Source of the DNA: Bacteroidota bacterium
GTDB taxonomy: Bacteria > Bacteroidota > Bacteroidia > M30B66
Direction: 5' to 3'
DNA: 64,000 bases
Assembly: GCA_947460255.1 (NCBI GenBank)
Contig: CANHIS010000004.1
Span: 14,609-78,608, forward strand
Of the stretch, positions 1 to 11,228 are shown one piece after another; the stretch's first letter is position 1, and the number at the start of each line of letters is the position of its first letter. The notes under the pieces are model-generated. The model ran no database searches, had not been told where the DNA came from, and worked only from the letters and a program-made list of their open reading frames with translations. The position numbers were made by a program, and so were the translations under genes.

Positions 1-1
1 C

Positions 2-3000
2 AACAATATTTTATCGGATCCATTCAATGTGAATGTGTTCACTTTCTTAGCAGGAGATTACCGGCCTGCTTTTGATGGGGCAGACTTCTCATTCAACAGC
101 TCATGGGAACTGTTTGATGGCACCAACTGGAACGCAGTGGTACCTTCACCACAATCGTTGGCAAATTTGGGAACACCGCCAACAAGAATCATCATCGACA
201 AGCAGTCCATTGCTGGTGGTGGTAACTCACAATACCGTTACAACGATATCATCATTTTAAGCGGTGGCGATTTGACCTTCAATGACGATGACGTGACACC
301 AATTTCAGAAATCATCAATGCAGGTAGAAAGATCGAAGTGCTTGATGGTGGTCAGTTTGTTTTAAGAGGAGACATGGATCTTCCTGCTACTGGTAACTTG
401 ATCGTAAGATCGGGTGGTGAAATGATCATCAACCAAGCATCGATTGTGAACAACCACCCAATGTGGGAAGGTGTTGAGCTTTTCGAAGGTGGATCAACAG
501 TAACGATTAACGATTGGAATTGGACGGCAGCACCAACAGTTGCGAGTTTGATAAACATTGCAGCTGCAATCACCAACAACGCCAATGGTTACAAATTTGG
601 AAACCTGATAGTTGATGCAACTACAACGGCAAACTGGAACATCATTGGCGGTGGAATTGGAATCATCAACTTGGTAGAGAACGATTTCGACATCAGCAAT
701 GCTTCAGCGTTCTGGATTACTGGTGCTACCAATGCATCTGGAACTAACGGATACATTGTGAATGGAAACCTCACTGTATTTGATGGTAACTTCTCTTTTG
801 GAACAAACTATTCGGCAGCTGCATTCAACCACCAGTTTACTGTTCGTGGAAATTTTGAAATAGGAAGCAACGACGCATTCAAACTTCACCACAATGCTAC
901 AGGAGTTCCAACAGCGCTTAATGGAAACGTTACAGTATTAGGCGACTTCATTGTAGGCTCTACTGTAACTTCCTTTACCAACGATGGTAGTTTACCTACC
1001 ATTACCCGCATTGGCTTAAACATGCGCGGTGGTACATTGGCAGATCCAAACATTTTGGATGTTGCTCCAGTGGCAGTAGCTGTGCCTATAACTATTGGAG
1101 ATGGAACACTTCCAACCTTTGTGAAACTGCGCACCCAGAATTTATCGACCAATTCGGTTGCAAGTTACACTGCCGCAATTACAGTAAGCAACAACGCTTT
1201 GTTAGACTTCGGTTTCAACACCTTAGGAACAACCGCATTGAACATCAACAAAACAACTACTGCTCCATTAGGAACGAACACCTTTGCTTCGAATCAAGGT
1301 TCAACGTTGGTAATCACATCGCCGGATGGTATCCAACAAGCTTCTGGTACCTTGGGGAATGTTCAGTATGTTACCTCTAACAAGACCTTCAACCAGTTAG
1401 CTACATTTTGGTACAAGGGTATCTCTCCAGCGCAAGTAACTGGAGATGGTTTAACAATTAGCGCAAATGGAAAGGTTGTTATTGTTGAATTAGATGCTTT
1501 ATCAACTACGCTTACATTGAGCAACGGGACAGAAATTACAAATGCAATAGGTGCCGACCCTTTAGGTGGAAAATTAGAAATTAGACAAGGAACGCTAGTT
1601 TCAAGTGCAACAGCTCCTGTTTCAAACAATGGTCGTTTAATTATGACTGGCGGTGCTTACCGCATCGCAGAACTTACTACTTGTCCTCAGCTTACAGGGG
1701 CTTATACCTTAACAGCTGGAACGATCAACCTTGATGGTGCAGGCAACCAGATCCTTCGCGGCGCAAGAGATTATGTAAACTTGGCGTTTAGCAACTCTGG
1801 TATTAAAACACTTACATCTGCATTACCAGCGGGCTCTCTGAATGATCTTGTAACCATCCGAGAAGCTGCCGTACTCGATGTTGCAAACAACAACTTCGAT
1901 GGAACATCAGCGCTTGACATGACAGGTACGAGCCGTTTCAGAATGAGCTCTCTCAACACTACGCTTCCACAACTAACTGGTACTTACACCCTCACTGGTG
2001 GTACAGTTGAATTGTACGGAACAGGTGTTGGTCAAACCCATTCGCTCCGCGGATCTGTGACCTACAACAACGTAGAATTGAATTCAACAGCAGCATCAGT
2101 TGCGGCAACACAAGCGAACGTTGTAGCAGGTGCCGGATTCGGTCTTCGTGGTACGATGACAGTTCAAAGTCCGACGTGCTTCCAATTAGGAAGTGGTTTT
2201 ACCATTTCTGATGCAGGAACAAGTTCATTTGTACTTGCTGCTGGATCGACTTTGAAATACGGAGGAACGATTGATGCTTCAGGTGCAACTGGAAACATCC
2301 AAACAGATTCTAGAACCTTCCCAACCACAGCATCTTACGGTTTCATTGGAAGTGTTACGCCACAAACTGCAGGAACAGGTTTACCAGCATCTATGGTGAA
2401 TATGTACCTAGAGAAGTCAACAGCAACCGACCAAGTAACAATCGCTGCAAACACTGCAGTATCAAACCAATTGGTGCTTGGAACTGGTATCTTGAATACA
2501 GGTGCAAACATTCTTTCAGTAACCAATACAGCAACAACAGGAATTACGGGTGCATTTGCTAACTCATTTGTGAGTGGAAGATTGAACCGCAGCTTGCCTT
2601 CATCCCTGGTAACAGGTTCAACGTATGAATTCCCAATTGGTAAAGTTGGAGCAATTACCTATTTGCCAGCTTCTTTGGTAAATCCAACCACTGGTGCTGG
2701 TGCAGTATCGGTAACGATGGAAGCCTTTAATGCTGGTTCGGGCGGAACAGCAGATCCGAACTCTGTTGGAACTTTAAGTGGAACAGAATACTGGTCGCTT
2801 TCGGCATCAGGAAATTTCAACGGTAGTCAGTTTACATTAGGCCGCCCAACTGCAGTGGCTCCATTAACTTCTATTGCAAGAAGCACCACAACCGCAACTG
2901 GCACATACGTATATATCGGTGGTACGCCATCTGGCAACCAAATCCAAAACTCAAACTTCAGTGCAGGCAATACACAATTCTTAGCCTTTGCACTTCCAGT

Positions 3001-6000
3001 AGCAGATCCAACCATCACAACAGTAGTTCCTACTTCACCAACATTTGCTGGTCAGTTGGATAACACTGGATACGTTGGACAAACACTTACAATCACAGGA
3101 ACTGGCTTCACTTCAACAGGAGGCATGTCGGTATCAATCGGTGGATTACCTGCTACAACATTCTCAGTAGTGAATAGCACAACCATCACAGCGGTAGTTG
3201 CACAAAATGCATCAGGCGCAACGGTTGTGGTATCGAACACGATCACTTCAGGTTCGGCAAGTGCGGCATTCAACTTCTTGGGTTGGATTTCGAACGCATC
3301 GACTGATTGGAACCTTAATCCAACTTGGTTGGGCGGACAAGTTCCACCAGCGTCAGTTGCAGTAACCATTGCTCACGCAGTAACTGCAAACGGTGTGGTA
3401 GCAAACAATCCGAACACATTAACGATCCGTTCAGCAAGCTCACTCACTTTCGGTGCAGTAGGAACACTTACTGTGAACACAACATTGACCAACGGTGGGT
3501 CTATCGACATGACCTCAGGCGGTGTGCTCACGATGGCGAATGCTTCAACATTTGCCAATGGTGCAGCAACATTTACAGGTGGTACTGGAACGGTAGTATT
3601 TGCTGGAACGGGAACAGTAACTTCATCGGCTGGTGTACCATTTAACAATGTAACTATCAACGGTGCTGTGAATCCAAGTGCAGGTTCATCGATAGCAGGA
3701 ACACTTCGTATGAACCAAAGCGGATCGATCATCACCAATGCCTTGACTTACGGTGCAGCTTCTACCCTATCTTACAACGGAACAAGTTCACAAACACCAA
3801 ATGCTTTTGAATTCCCAGCAGCAAGTGGTCCGGTGAACTTCACCGCAAACAACTCAGTGAACGTTTTACTACCATTTAGCCGAACGGTGAGTGGAAATGT
3901 GAGAATCCTTTCAGGAAACCTTCAATCGACAGGTGCAGTAACCCTTACCATGAGTGGCGCAGCTGCAACACTTGAAGTAACGGGTAACCTTTTGGGAACT
4001 GACGCAGGTGTAGGCAACGACCTTACCTTGGCAGTTACAGGGAATGTAACGGTGAACGGTTCGAACGTTACAACTTGTAAAGTTTTCAATACCAATGTGA
4101 GCACAGGTGCAACCTTGGCACTTGGCCGCAGCAACTTCGAAGTGCGCTACGGCAGCTTCAACGTATTGGGTACAGGCACTTTGCGCATCGATGCAAACGG
4201 AAACGTTGCTTCGGTGGATGGCAACAGTCGTATTCCGGTTTACGCAGCAACTGCAAACTTGGTATACAACAGCGGTGGCACTTACGGTCGTTTCGTAGAG
4301 TGGACATCAGCCACTGGCCCTGCTGGATATCCTGGAAATGTGATCATCCAAAACGGAACTACATTGAACATCGGAACTCCAGGTGCTGACTTAGGTGTGG
4401 CAAACACATTAAGCCTAGGTCAAACAGGAAGTGCAGGTTCATTGAATATGCAATCAACAGCACAAGGCATCACAGTAAACGGCGACTTGAATATTGGCAG
4501 CAACACAGGAACATCAACACTTACACTTTCTACCGATGGTTTAAGCCCTGCAATTCGTGTAGGTGGCAACTGGACGCGCACCGCGAACGGTGTGTTTGCA
4601 GGAACTGGTGCGAATGGCCGTGGAGTGTTCTTTATCGGAGCAACCAATGCGAGCATCACAGCACCAAGTGCTGAAACTTTCGAATTCATGTTGATGCAGA
4701 AATCGGTTGGTGCTACAGTAACCTTGAATCAGCCTATCACTGTAAATCAAACCCTTGATTTTGCAACAGGTTTGTTGGTGCTTGGTAACCATACTGTAAC
4801 AACCAACAGCATCACAGGAGGTAATACATCTTCTTATGCAGTTACGAATGGTGCAGGATTCCTCCGCAGAAATGTGGACACCTTTGCCGATGTGTTCCCT
4901 GTTGGTCCAACGACAACTACTTATTCACCTGCAAGCCTAACTCAACAAGGCACAGCGGAGCGTTTGGGTGTTCGTGTGAGAACAGCTCCAGCATTTACAG
5001 CATTATTGAACAATAATGCTCAAATGATCAACCTAGAGTGGTTCATCGATGAAACAGGAGGAACAGCAGGTGCAAATAACTTGATCACCAACTTCACATG
5101 GCCAGCTTCCTCTCATGCAGGCTCATTGAACATTGCAGCTTCGCTTTACCATGGTAATTATGGAACAAACTGGCAGATTCGTCCAACCTTGGCAACTACT
5201 GGATCAAACCCTTATACATCGCAATCAACGGCGAACTTCACAGGCAACTTAACTGCACAGAACTTTGTGGTAGGTAACCTTACAGGTATCCTTGGTTGCC
5301 AGTCGACCGCTATAAACGGTGCTTGGAACAACGGTTCAACTTGGACAGATGGATTCGTTCCACCAGCAGGTTCTAACGTATGTATCAACCACAACGTAAC
5401 AGTGAACTTGATTGATCCAAATCCAAATACAGTAGTTGGATTAACCTTTGCAGGTTCAGGTTTATTAACCTTGGATGCTTCTAAAACACTCACTTTCTTA
5501 ACAGGTGGTGCTTTGGCTAACAATACTGGTGGTGCATTAAATCTCGGTGCTGGTACAGTAGTAACCAATGGTGTGATGGGTATTTCAGGCTCAAATCCTG
5601 TTACCATCAACAACTTAACGATCAACGGTAACACAACCATCAGCACAGTTCCAACTGTAACAGGTAATTTCCAAATTAATGCAGGTGGTTCATTAACAGC
5701 GCCACTCACTTATGGTGCTGCATCAACGTTGGTTTACAATACAGGTGCTGCATACGGTGTATCAAACGAATGGACAGGCACTGGCGCTCCAGGCTTGGGA
5801 ATTCCTCAAAATGTAACCATCCAAGGAACAACATTGAACATGCCAGCAGCAAACCGCGGATTGGGTGGAAATATGACCATCACATCAGGAAGCTTGGTAC
5901 TGAATGGTGCAACAGGCGACTTGTTTGTAGGAGGAAATTGGACACGCAGCGTATCTGCAGGATTCACTTCAAACGGAAGAGCAGTATTCTTCAATGGTGC

Positions 6001-9000
6001 AGCCAACCAAACAGTTTCAGTTACTGGTGGAGGCACAGAAAGTTTCTCTTACTTGTTGGTTAACAAATCAGCAGGAAACCTGATCCTCGATAGTGTTGAA
6101 CCTACAAATGTTAACGTAACGGCAAGTGTTGGTAATGTGCTAGATGTAAGTGCTGGCAATACGATCGATTTGAATGGTCGCACAATGTCGATCACAGGAA
6201 CAGGTGGAAACATCAACCTTCCTTCAGGTGTGGCAAGTATCAATGGTGGAGTAGGTTCGGTATTCTCGATCCAAAATGGAACGAAGACCGTAACACCATC
6301 GGGCGGTGCTACTTTGAACTTCGGTTCGAATGTAACAGTTGCCTTGAACAGCGGAATGAACTTCGGTGCAACAACATCTACCATCAATGGAACATTGCAA
6401 ATTGCATTGGGAGGTTTCGTATCGACCAATGCACCGAGCTATGCTACTGGATCAACACTTCGTTACTTTACAGGTTCTGCTTACGGCAGAGGCTTAGAGT
6501 GGAGCACAAATGCTGGCCCGGGTTATCCGCACAACGTATTGGTTGACCAAAATGGAACTGTTACTACAGTGAACTTGGCAGCTGGTTCTGCAACTTGCGA
6601 AATCGCTGGAAACCTCACCTTGAACAATGGTGGAAACGTGAGCATGGGCGCAATGGCAAATCCGTTGATCGTTCGTGGTAATCTTTCGGTAGGTGGCGCT
6701 GCAAGCGGAACCCTCACCCTATCAACAGCGATTGGTGGAGATGTGAAAGTTGCTGGAAATCTCTCTAGAAATGGCGGTGGTACTTTAACACAAAACGGCC
6801 GCGAGGTTGAAATGAACGGTACCACACCACAAACCATTTCGGGCATTGCAACCTTCGATTTCTTGTCGATCAACAATACTGGCTCAACAGTTTTGATCAC
6901 CACCAATTCTCAGATCAACAACCGTTTGAGTTTATTGAATGGTACATTTGAACTTAACGGTTTTGCCTGCACAATGGCAAACACTTCTAAAATTGCCCGT
7001 GAAGCTGGTATTATGACAGCTCCTCCAACAGTCAACTTTGGAGATGTATATGATGTTGAGTACCGTGCGAACCTTACTACAGATGTAGAATTCCTAGGAA
7101 CTTCTGATGTGGTTCGTGACCTTATCGTTACTACAGGAGCTACTGCTACATTGAGTACAAATCGCACCTTCAACCGCGACTTGGTGCTTGCAGGCGGCGA
7201 CTTAAACCTTGGCGGATTTACCTTGGTGGCACGTGGACGTGTTGCGTCTCCTGCTTTCTCGGGAAGCATAACAGTAAGTGGCGGTGGTACACGCACCATT
7301 ACTGGTGTTGCTGGTTCACGTTTCGATATTACAGGTTTGGGAACAAACGTACCAACTGCATACACCAAAACAGTTTCTAGCTTCGGTGGAACGCAACTCG
7401 TATTTGATTCGAATGTTTTGGTTCGTATCGGTGACGGAGCGATCGACTTCGGTGCAGGCAGTCCAACAACTATAAACGGAACACTTCAAGTACTTCTTGG
7501 AGGCTCAGTTGGGCAATTGTTGAACCCATGTTTCTACGGTGTAAATTCGATTCTTCGTTTTGCAAACACTGTAGATTACCAAGTTGGAATCAACGATAAA
7601 ACTTGGGCATCTGGTGCAATTGCTTCAGGCAATCCTGGTATTCCTTGGAATGTTGAAATTAATGACATCGGAACCGATCTTCAATTGCAAAACACCCGTG
7701 CATTAAGAGGCAACCTAACCATCACAAGTGGTACATTTACCCTAACTCCTGCTTACACCGGATCATTCAACATCGGTGGAAACTGGACACGTACTGGAGC
7801 CACTTCGGCATTCGTTCATAACAGCAAGAAAGTAATCTTCGATCGTCAAAACGCTGGCGACCAAACTATCACTGTTGGCGGAACTGTAACTGCAGAAACA
7901 TTCTACGACTTGGAAGTTTCACCAGTAACTGGAAAATTGGCGATGGCTAGTGCTTCGAATATTACTGTGTTGAACAACTTCAACTTCGTAAGTGGTAAGT
8001 TCGACTTGAACAACAATCAACTTTTGGTTGGTACTTCATCGGTAAATGGAACAATCACAGGCGCTACATCAACGAACTATATCGTAACCAATGGAGGTAA
8101 CATTCGCTTCTTCGCGAATACCAACGCAACCACCTACAACTTCCCGATTGGTGATGTCAGCGAATACACTCCATTCAATGTTGTACTCGACAATGGTGCA
8201 CAGGCTGGAGCTTATCTGCAAGCTTCCATGACTCCACTTCCGCATCCAAATGCAGTGGGTACAAATGCTGCAACAAGTTATATCAAGCGTTACTGGAGCA
8301 TCGTTCCTTCGGGATTGGCTGCAAGTCCGGTGTACGATGTAACTTACAAGTATGCTGATCTCGACATTGTAGGTAACGATGCAATTTACCGTCCAGCGAA
8401 ATACAGCACAACCAACGCAACTCCAGGCTGGGCGAGCTCACCAGGTTCTGGTGCTCCTGCCACCGACGGAACTGCAGCTAACCACGATTTGGCGTTGAAC
8501 ACCTTCACTTGGGACAACCTCACCACCTTCTCCGATTTCTCGGCAGCAGGTGATGGAGCTCCACTTCCAATCGAGTTGTTATCGTTCGATGCTGAACCAG
8601 TAGGCAATACAGTATTGGTAAGTTGGACAACAGCTTCAGAAATCAACAACGACTTCTTCACTGTTGAACGTTCGGTTGATGCATCCATTTTCACACCTAT
8701 CGGAACTGTGAATGGTGCAGGAAACTCAAGTTCAACCAGAAGTTACAGCTTTGTAGATGTGCAACCAATGATGGGCGTTTCTTATTACCGTTTGCGTCAA
8801 ACCGACTTTAACGGCGACTTCGAAGTGTTCGATCCTGCTGCAGTGAACTTCGGTTCAGGAATGGTTCAAGGTGCTGCGCTCTTCCCTAACCCAGCGGTTG
8901 AATATGCACATGTGATGATCAATACCGCTTCCAGCGGAAAAGGTTGGGTTCGCGTAACAGATGTAACTGGCCGATTGATCTCGAACTTCCAAATTGTAAT

Positions 9001-9118
9001 GGAAAAAGGCATGACACCATTTACGCTTCAAACCGACAATCTTGCTCCGGGTAAATACTTGGTAACAGTGGAAGCGGCTGATGGTAAAGTGTACAACTTG
9101 CCGTTGATGAAAAACTAA
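2..9118 (+). CDS. Giant (>3000 aa) T9SS type A cargo protein, probable surface adhesin with beta-helix-like repeats and an IPT/TIG-like domain; 5'-truncated by the window
   Basis: Frame is open from position 2 (aac aat att tta ...), so the true start lies upstream of the window. G/T/N/S-rich repeats; C-terminal PLPIELLSF...YYRLRQTD...LFPNP...GKYLV T9SS sorting domain. Confidence 0.85.
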   Translation, partial: NNILSDPFNVNVFTFLAGDYRPAFDGADFSFNSSWELFDGTNWNAVVPSPQSLANLGTPPTRIIIDKQSIAGGGNSQYRYNDIIILSGGDLTFNDDDVTPISEIINAGRKIEVLDGGQFVLRGDMDLPATGNLIVRSGGEMIINQASIVNNHPMWEGVELFEGGSTVTINDWNWTAAPTVASLINIAAAITNNANGYKFGNLIVDATTTANWNIIGGGIGIINLVENDFDISNASAFWITGATNASGTNGYIVNGNLTVFDGNFSFGTNYSAAAFNHQFTVRGNFEIGSNDAFKLHHNATGVPTALNGNVTVLGDFIVGSTVTSFTNDGSLPTITRIGLNMRGGTLADPNILDVAPVAVAVPITIGDGTLPTFVKLRTQNLSTNSVASYTAAITVSNNALLDFGFNTLGTTALNINKTTTAPLGTNTFASNQGSTLVITSPDGIQQASGTLGNVQYVTSNKTFNQLATFWYKGISPAQVTGDGLTISANGKVVIVELDALSTTLTLSNGTEITNAIGADPLGGKLEIRQGTLVSSATAPVSNNGRLIMTGGAYRIAELTTCPQLTGAYTLTAGTINLDGAGNQILRGARDYVNLAFSNSGIKTLTSALPAGSLNDLVTIREAAVLDVANNNFDGTSALDMTGTSRFRMSSLNTTLPQLTGTYTLTGGTVELYGTGVGQTHSLRGSVTYNNVELNSTAASVAATQANVVAGAGFGLRGTMTVQSPTCFQLGSGFTISDAGTSSFVLAAGSTLKYGGTIDASGATGNIQTDSRTFPTTASYGFIGSVTPQTAGTGLPASMVNMYLEKSTATDQVTIAANTAVSNQLVLGTGILNTGANILSVTNTATTGITGAFANSFVSGRLNRSLPSSLVTGSTYEFPIGKVGAITYLPASLVNPTTGAGAVSVTMEAFNAGSGGTADPNSVGTLSGTEYWSLSASGNFNGSQFTLGRPTAVAPLTSIARSTTTATGTYVYIGGTPSGNQIQNSNFSAGNTQFLAFALPVADPTITTVVPTSPTFAGQLDNTGYVGQTLTITGTGFTSTGGMSVSIGGLPATTFSVVNSTTITAVVAQNASGATVVVSNTITSGSASAAFNFLGWISNASTDWNLNPTWLGGQVPPASVAVTIAHAVTANGVVANNPNTLTIRSASSLTFGAVGTLTVNTTLTNGGSIDMTSGGVLTMANASTFANGAATFTGGTGTVVFAGTGTVTSSAGVPFNNVTINGAVNPSAGSSIAGTLRMNQSGSIITNALTYGAASTLSYNGTSSQTPNAFEFPAASGPVNFTANNSVNVLLPFSRTVSGNVRILSGNLQSTGAVTLTMSGAAATLEVTGNLLGTDAGVGNDLTLAVTGNVTVNGSNVTTCKVFNTNVSTGATLALGRSNFEVRYGSFNVLGTGTLRIDANGNVASVDGNSRIPVYAATANLVYNSGGTYGRFVEWTSATGPAGYPGNVIIQNGTTLNIGTPGADLGVANTLSLGQTGSAGSLNMQSTAQGITVNGDLNIGSNTGTSTLTLSTDGLSPAIRVGGNWTRTANGVFAGTGANGRGVFFIGATNASITAPSAETFEFMLMQKSVGATVTLNQPITVNQTLDFATGLLVLGNHTVTTNSITGGNTSSYAVTNGAGFLRRNVDTFADVFPVGPTTTTYSPASLTQQGTAERLGVRVRTAPAFTALLNNNAQMINLEWFIDETGGTAGANNLITNFTWPASSHAGSLNIAASLYHGNYGTNWQIRPTLATTGSNPYTSQSTANFTGNLTAQNFVVGNLTGILGCQSTAINGAWNNGSTWTDGFVPPAGSNVCINHNVTVNLIDPNPNTVVGLTFAGSGLLTLDASKTLTFLTGGALANNTGGALNLGAGTVVTNGVMGISGSNPVTINNLTINGNTTISTVPTVTGNFQINAGGSLTAPLTYGAASTLVYNTGAAYGVSNEWTGTGAPGLGIPQNVTIQGTTLNMPAANRGLGGNMTITSGSLVLNGATGDLFVGGNWTRSVSAGFTSNGRAVFFNGAANQTVSVTGGGTESFSYLLVNKSAGNLILDSVEPTNVNVTASVGNVLDVSAGNTIDLNGRTMSITGTGGNINLPSGVASINGGVGSVFSIQNGTKTVTPSGGATLNFGSNVTVALNSGMNFGATTSTINGTLQIALGGFVSTNAPSYATGSTLRYFTGSAYGRGLEWSTNAGPGYPHNVLVDQNGTVTTVNLAAGSATCEIAGNLTLNNGGNVSMGAMANPLIVRGNLSVGGAASGTLTLSTAIGGDVKVAGNLSRNGGGTLTQNGREVEMNGTTPQTISGIATFDFLSINNTGSTVLITTNSQINNRLSLLNGTFELNGFACTMANTSKIAREAGIMTAPPTVNFGDVYDVEYRANLTTDVEFLGTSDVVRDLIVTTGATATLSTNRTFNRDLVLAGGDLNLGGFTLVARGRVASPAFSGSITVSGGGTRTITGVAGSRFDITGLGTNVPTAYTKTVSSFGGTQLVFDSNVLVRIGDGAIDFGAGSPTTINGTLQVLLGGSVGQLLNPCFYGVNSILRFANTVDYQVGINDKTWASGAIASGNPGIPWNVEINDIGTDLQLQNTRALRGNLTITSGTFTLTPAYTGSFNIGGNWTRTGATSAFVHNSKKVIFDRQNAGDQTITVGGTVTAETFYDLEVSPVTGKLAMASASNITVLNNFNFVSGKFDLNNNQLLVGTSSVNGTITGATSTNYIVTNGGNIRFFANTNATTYNFPIGDVSEYTPFNVVLDNGAQAGAYLQASMTPLPHPNAVGTNAATSYIKRYWSIVPSGLAASPVYDVTYKYADLDIVGNDAIYRPAKYSTTNATPGWASSPGSGAPATDGTAANHDLALNTFTWDNLTTFSDFSAAGDGAPLPIELLSFDAEPVGNTVLVSWTTASEINNDFFTVERSVDASIFTPIGTVNGAGNSSSTRSYSFVDVQPMMGVSYYRLRQTDFNGDFEVFDPAAVNFGSGMVQGAALFPNPAVEYAHVMINTASSGKGWVRVTDVTGRLISNFQIVMEKGMTPFTLQTDNLAPGKYLVTVEAADGKVYNLPLMKN

Positions 9119-9136
9119 TTAAAACGATCCTTTTTG

Positions 9137-9169
9137 AAAGAGCTTCCCGAAACGGAGGCTCTTTTTTTT
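9137..9169 (+). terminator. Rho-independent terminator
   Basis: aaagagcttcc-cgaaac-ggaggctcttt followed by a T-run, just after the giant ORF stop. Confidence 0.85.
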
Positions 9170-9217
9170 GCGGTTGAATTCAAATGAAATGTACTTTTGA
9201 GGAAAATCTTTAACACT

Positions 9218-9928
9218 ATGATGCAAGATCCTATCGACAGCGTATTGGCTCAGGGCAGAGATGCTTCTGAAGTAACACAGTTTATGACCAAAGTATATGG
9301 TTGGATGACCGTTGCATTGGCCATCACAGGCTTGGTTGCACTCTACACAGCCTCTTCAGAAACCTTACTTGAATTGGTTTTCGCAAGTAAGATCACCTTC
9401 TGGGGCTTGATTATCGGAACATTTTTACTTGTAGGTTGGCTAACAGTAGCAATTAAAACTATGTCGCCGACTACAGCAACTGCAATCTTTATTGTGTATT
9501 CTGCATTGAACGGATTGATCTTTTCGTCGATCTTCTTGATTTACACATCATCATCGATTGCTCTAACTTTCTTTATCACTGCAGGTACTTTTGGCGTGAT
9601 GAGCGTGTACGGTTATTTTACCAAGGCCGATTTATCGAAAATCGGATCGATCGCCATTATGGCATTGGTGGGGATTATCTTAGCTTCGATCGTGAACTTC
9701 TTCCTAGAAAGTGAAACCCTTTACTGGATCATCAGCTATGCTGGTGTGGCAATCTTCACTGCTTTGATCGCTTACGACACGCAGAAAATTAAAGACATTG
9801 CGATCTATGGCTTCGATGGTGAAGCAGCTGAAAAGAAAATGTCGATCGTTGGAGCATTAACGCTGTACTTAGATTTCATCAATTTGTTTCTTTTTCTCCT
9901 CCGTTTGTTCGGTGGCCGTAAAGACTAA
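9218..9928 (+). CDS. Bax inhibitor-1/YccA family membrane protein
   Basis: About seven hydrophobic segments; FMTKVYGWM, AYDTQKIK and GALTLYLDFINLFLFLLR motifs. ATG at 9218 preferred over TTG at 9197. Confidence 0.9.
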   Translation: MMQDPIDSVLAQGRDASEVTQFMTKVYGWMTVALAITGLVALYTASSETLLELVFASKITFWGLIIGTFLLVGWLTVAIKTMSPTTATAIFIVYSALNGLIFSSIFLIYTSSSIALTFFITAGTFGVMSVYGYFTKADLSKIGSIAIMALVGIILASIVNFFLESETLYWIISYAGVAIFTALIAYDTQKIKDIAIYGFDGEAAEKKMSIVGALTLYLDFINLFLFLLRLFGGRKD

Positions 9929-9947
9929 TCAACTTTCAAATTCATTC

Positions 9948-9979
9948 AACCCGGTTTCCGAAAGGTTATCGGGTTTTTT
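9948..9979 (+). terminator. Rho-independent terminator
   Basis: aacccggt-ttccgaaaggtt-atcgggtt plus T-run. Confidence 0.7.
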
Positions 9980-10004
9980 GTTCTTCTCGGGAAGGCATTT
10001 CAAT

Positions 10005-10012
10005 TAAATTTG
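10005..10012 (+). promoter_or_regulatory. Bacteroidota sigma-A -7 element (TAAATTTG)
   Basis: Matches TAnnTTTG; followed by an A-rich leader and an ATG at 10043. Confidence 0.55.
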
Positions 10013-10042
10013 TCGCAAATCAACAACCCAAAAAACTGATAC

Positions 10043-10129
10043 ATGAAAAAGTCGTTGCTCATCTGGATGTATATGCTCACGCTTCAGAATTTTCTTCTCC
10101 TAACTTCTGGAGCCGAACCCTTACTATAA
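10043..10129 (+). pseudogene. Orphan signal-peptide ORF (MKKSLLIWMYMLTL...), probable original 5' end of the cyclophilin gene
   Basis: 28-aa ORF with its own promoter box and A-rich initiation region. The first 14 codons joined to [12 protein letters not shown] at 10649 make a complete signal peptide. Confidence 0.5.
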
Positions 10130-10213
10130 CAATGGTAATGCTTCTAGGTATAAATTCAATAAGCAATGCGTTTTTTTTGTTCACTGCTTTTAATGGTTAA
10201 TTTCTCTTTAAAA

Positions 10214-11209
10214 ATGAAAACTTCATTTGTCGCTCTTCTATTGCTTTTATTTAACGCTACTGCATTAAGAGCTCAGTTAAAGGAATTCTCCATCTCCGAG
10301 ATGCCACGGCCTGATGTGCCAATTGTGCAAGCCAATTCAAAATTTCCAGATGATGCTTTATTATTAATTTACACCACCATTGAGAGTTTAGAGTTTCGTA
10401 GTTCTTTGGGGGCAATCGATAAAGTATTTTACAACTCAAATGCAACCCGTTATGAGGTTTTGGTGAAGCCTGTAAAGCAAATGATTTTTGCAGGCAAAGT
10501 CGGATTTATTGAATGCAAAATTGCAACATTTAATCCCGAACCAAAGGATGTATTTTACTACAAGGTTGAGGAGAAGAAAGATTTGCGGCAAGTGGAAAAT
10601 AAGTCCGGAACTTTGCAAATAAATTCAACCCCACCTGTTGACAAATTGGCTACCCAAGCCAATCCAACCGGCAAAAAACCTAAACTGGAGAAGGGCCTTT
10701 ATGCAGAAATCACAACTTCTAAAGGCGTGATCTTCATCAAACTCGAACACGAAAAAACACCACTTACTGTGGCGAATTTTGTAGGATTGGCAGAAGGAAA
10801 AATCGAGAACAAAGCCAAAAATGGCAAACCGTTTTACGATAGTTTGAAGTTCCACCGTGTAATCAAAGACTTTATGATTCAAGGTGGAGATCCTGAAGGG
10901 ACAGGCCGCGGCGGCCCAGGATACCGTTTCAAAGATGAAATTGTACCTGAATTGAAACACGACCGTGCAGGTATTCTTTCGATGGCGAACTCAGGACCTA
11001 AAACAAATGGTTCACAATTTTTCATCACCCACAAAGCAACACCATGGCTTGATGGCAAACACACCGTTTTTGGTTCGGTAATCACTGGCCAAGATGTGGT
11101 GGATGCCATTGCACAAAACGACTACATCTTAAAAGTGAAAATTATCCGCAAAGGCAAAGAAGCCAAGAAGTTCGACGCGGTTAAAATATTCAACGAACTC
11201 AATAAGTAG
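10214..11209 (+). CDS. Cyclophilin-type peptidyl-prolyl isomerase with an extra N-terminal domain
   Basis: [35 protein letters not shown] and [10 protein letters not shown] motifs; signal peptide MKTSFV...LRA-Q from the ATG at 10214. Confidence 0.9.
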   Translation: MKTSFVALLLLLFNATALRAQLKEFSISEMPRPDVPIVQANSKFPDDALLLIYTTIESLEFRSSLGAIDKVFYNSNATRYEVLVKPVKQMIFAGKVGFIECKIATFNPEPKDVFYYKVEEKKDLRQVENKSGTLQINSTPPVDKLATQANPTGKKPKLEKGLYAEITTSKGVIFIKLEHEKTPLTVANFVGLAEGKIENKAKNGKPFYDSLKFHRVIKDFMIQGGDPEGTGRGGPGYRFKDEIVPELKHDRAGILSMANSGPKTNGSQFFITHKATPWLDGKHTVFGSVITGQDVVDAIAQNDYILKVKIIRKGKEAKKFDAVKIFNELNK

Positions 11210-11228
11210 TACCCAACAAACCACAACC

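Noticed and set aside
352-8694. Numerous minus-strand ORFs within the giant gene
   Set aside because: Antisense shadows expected from its codon bias.
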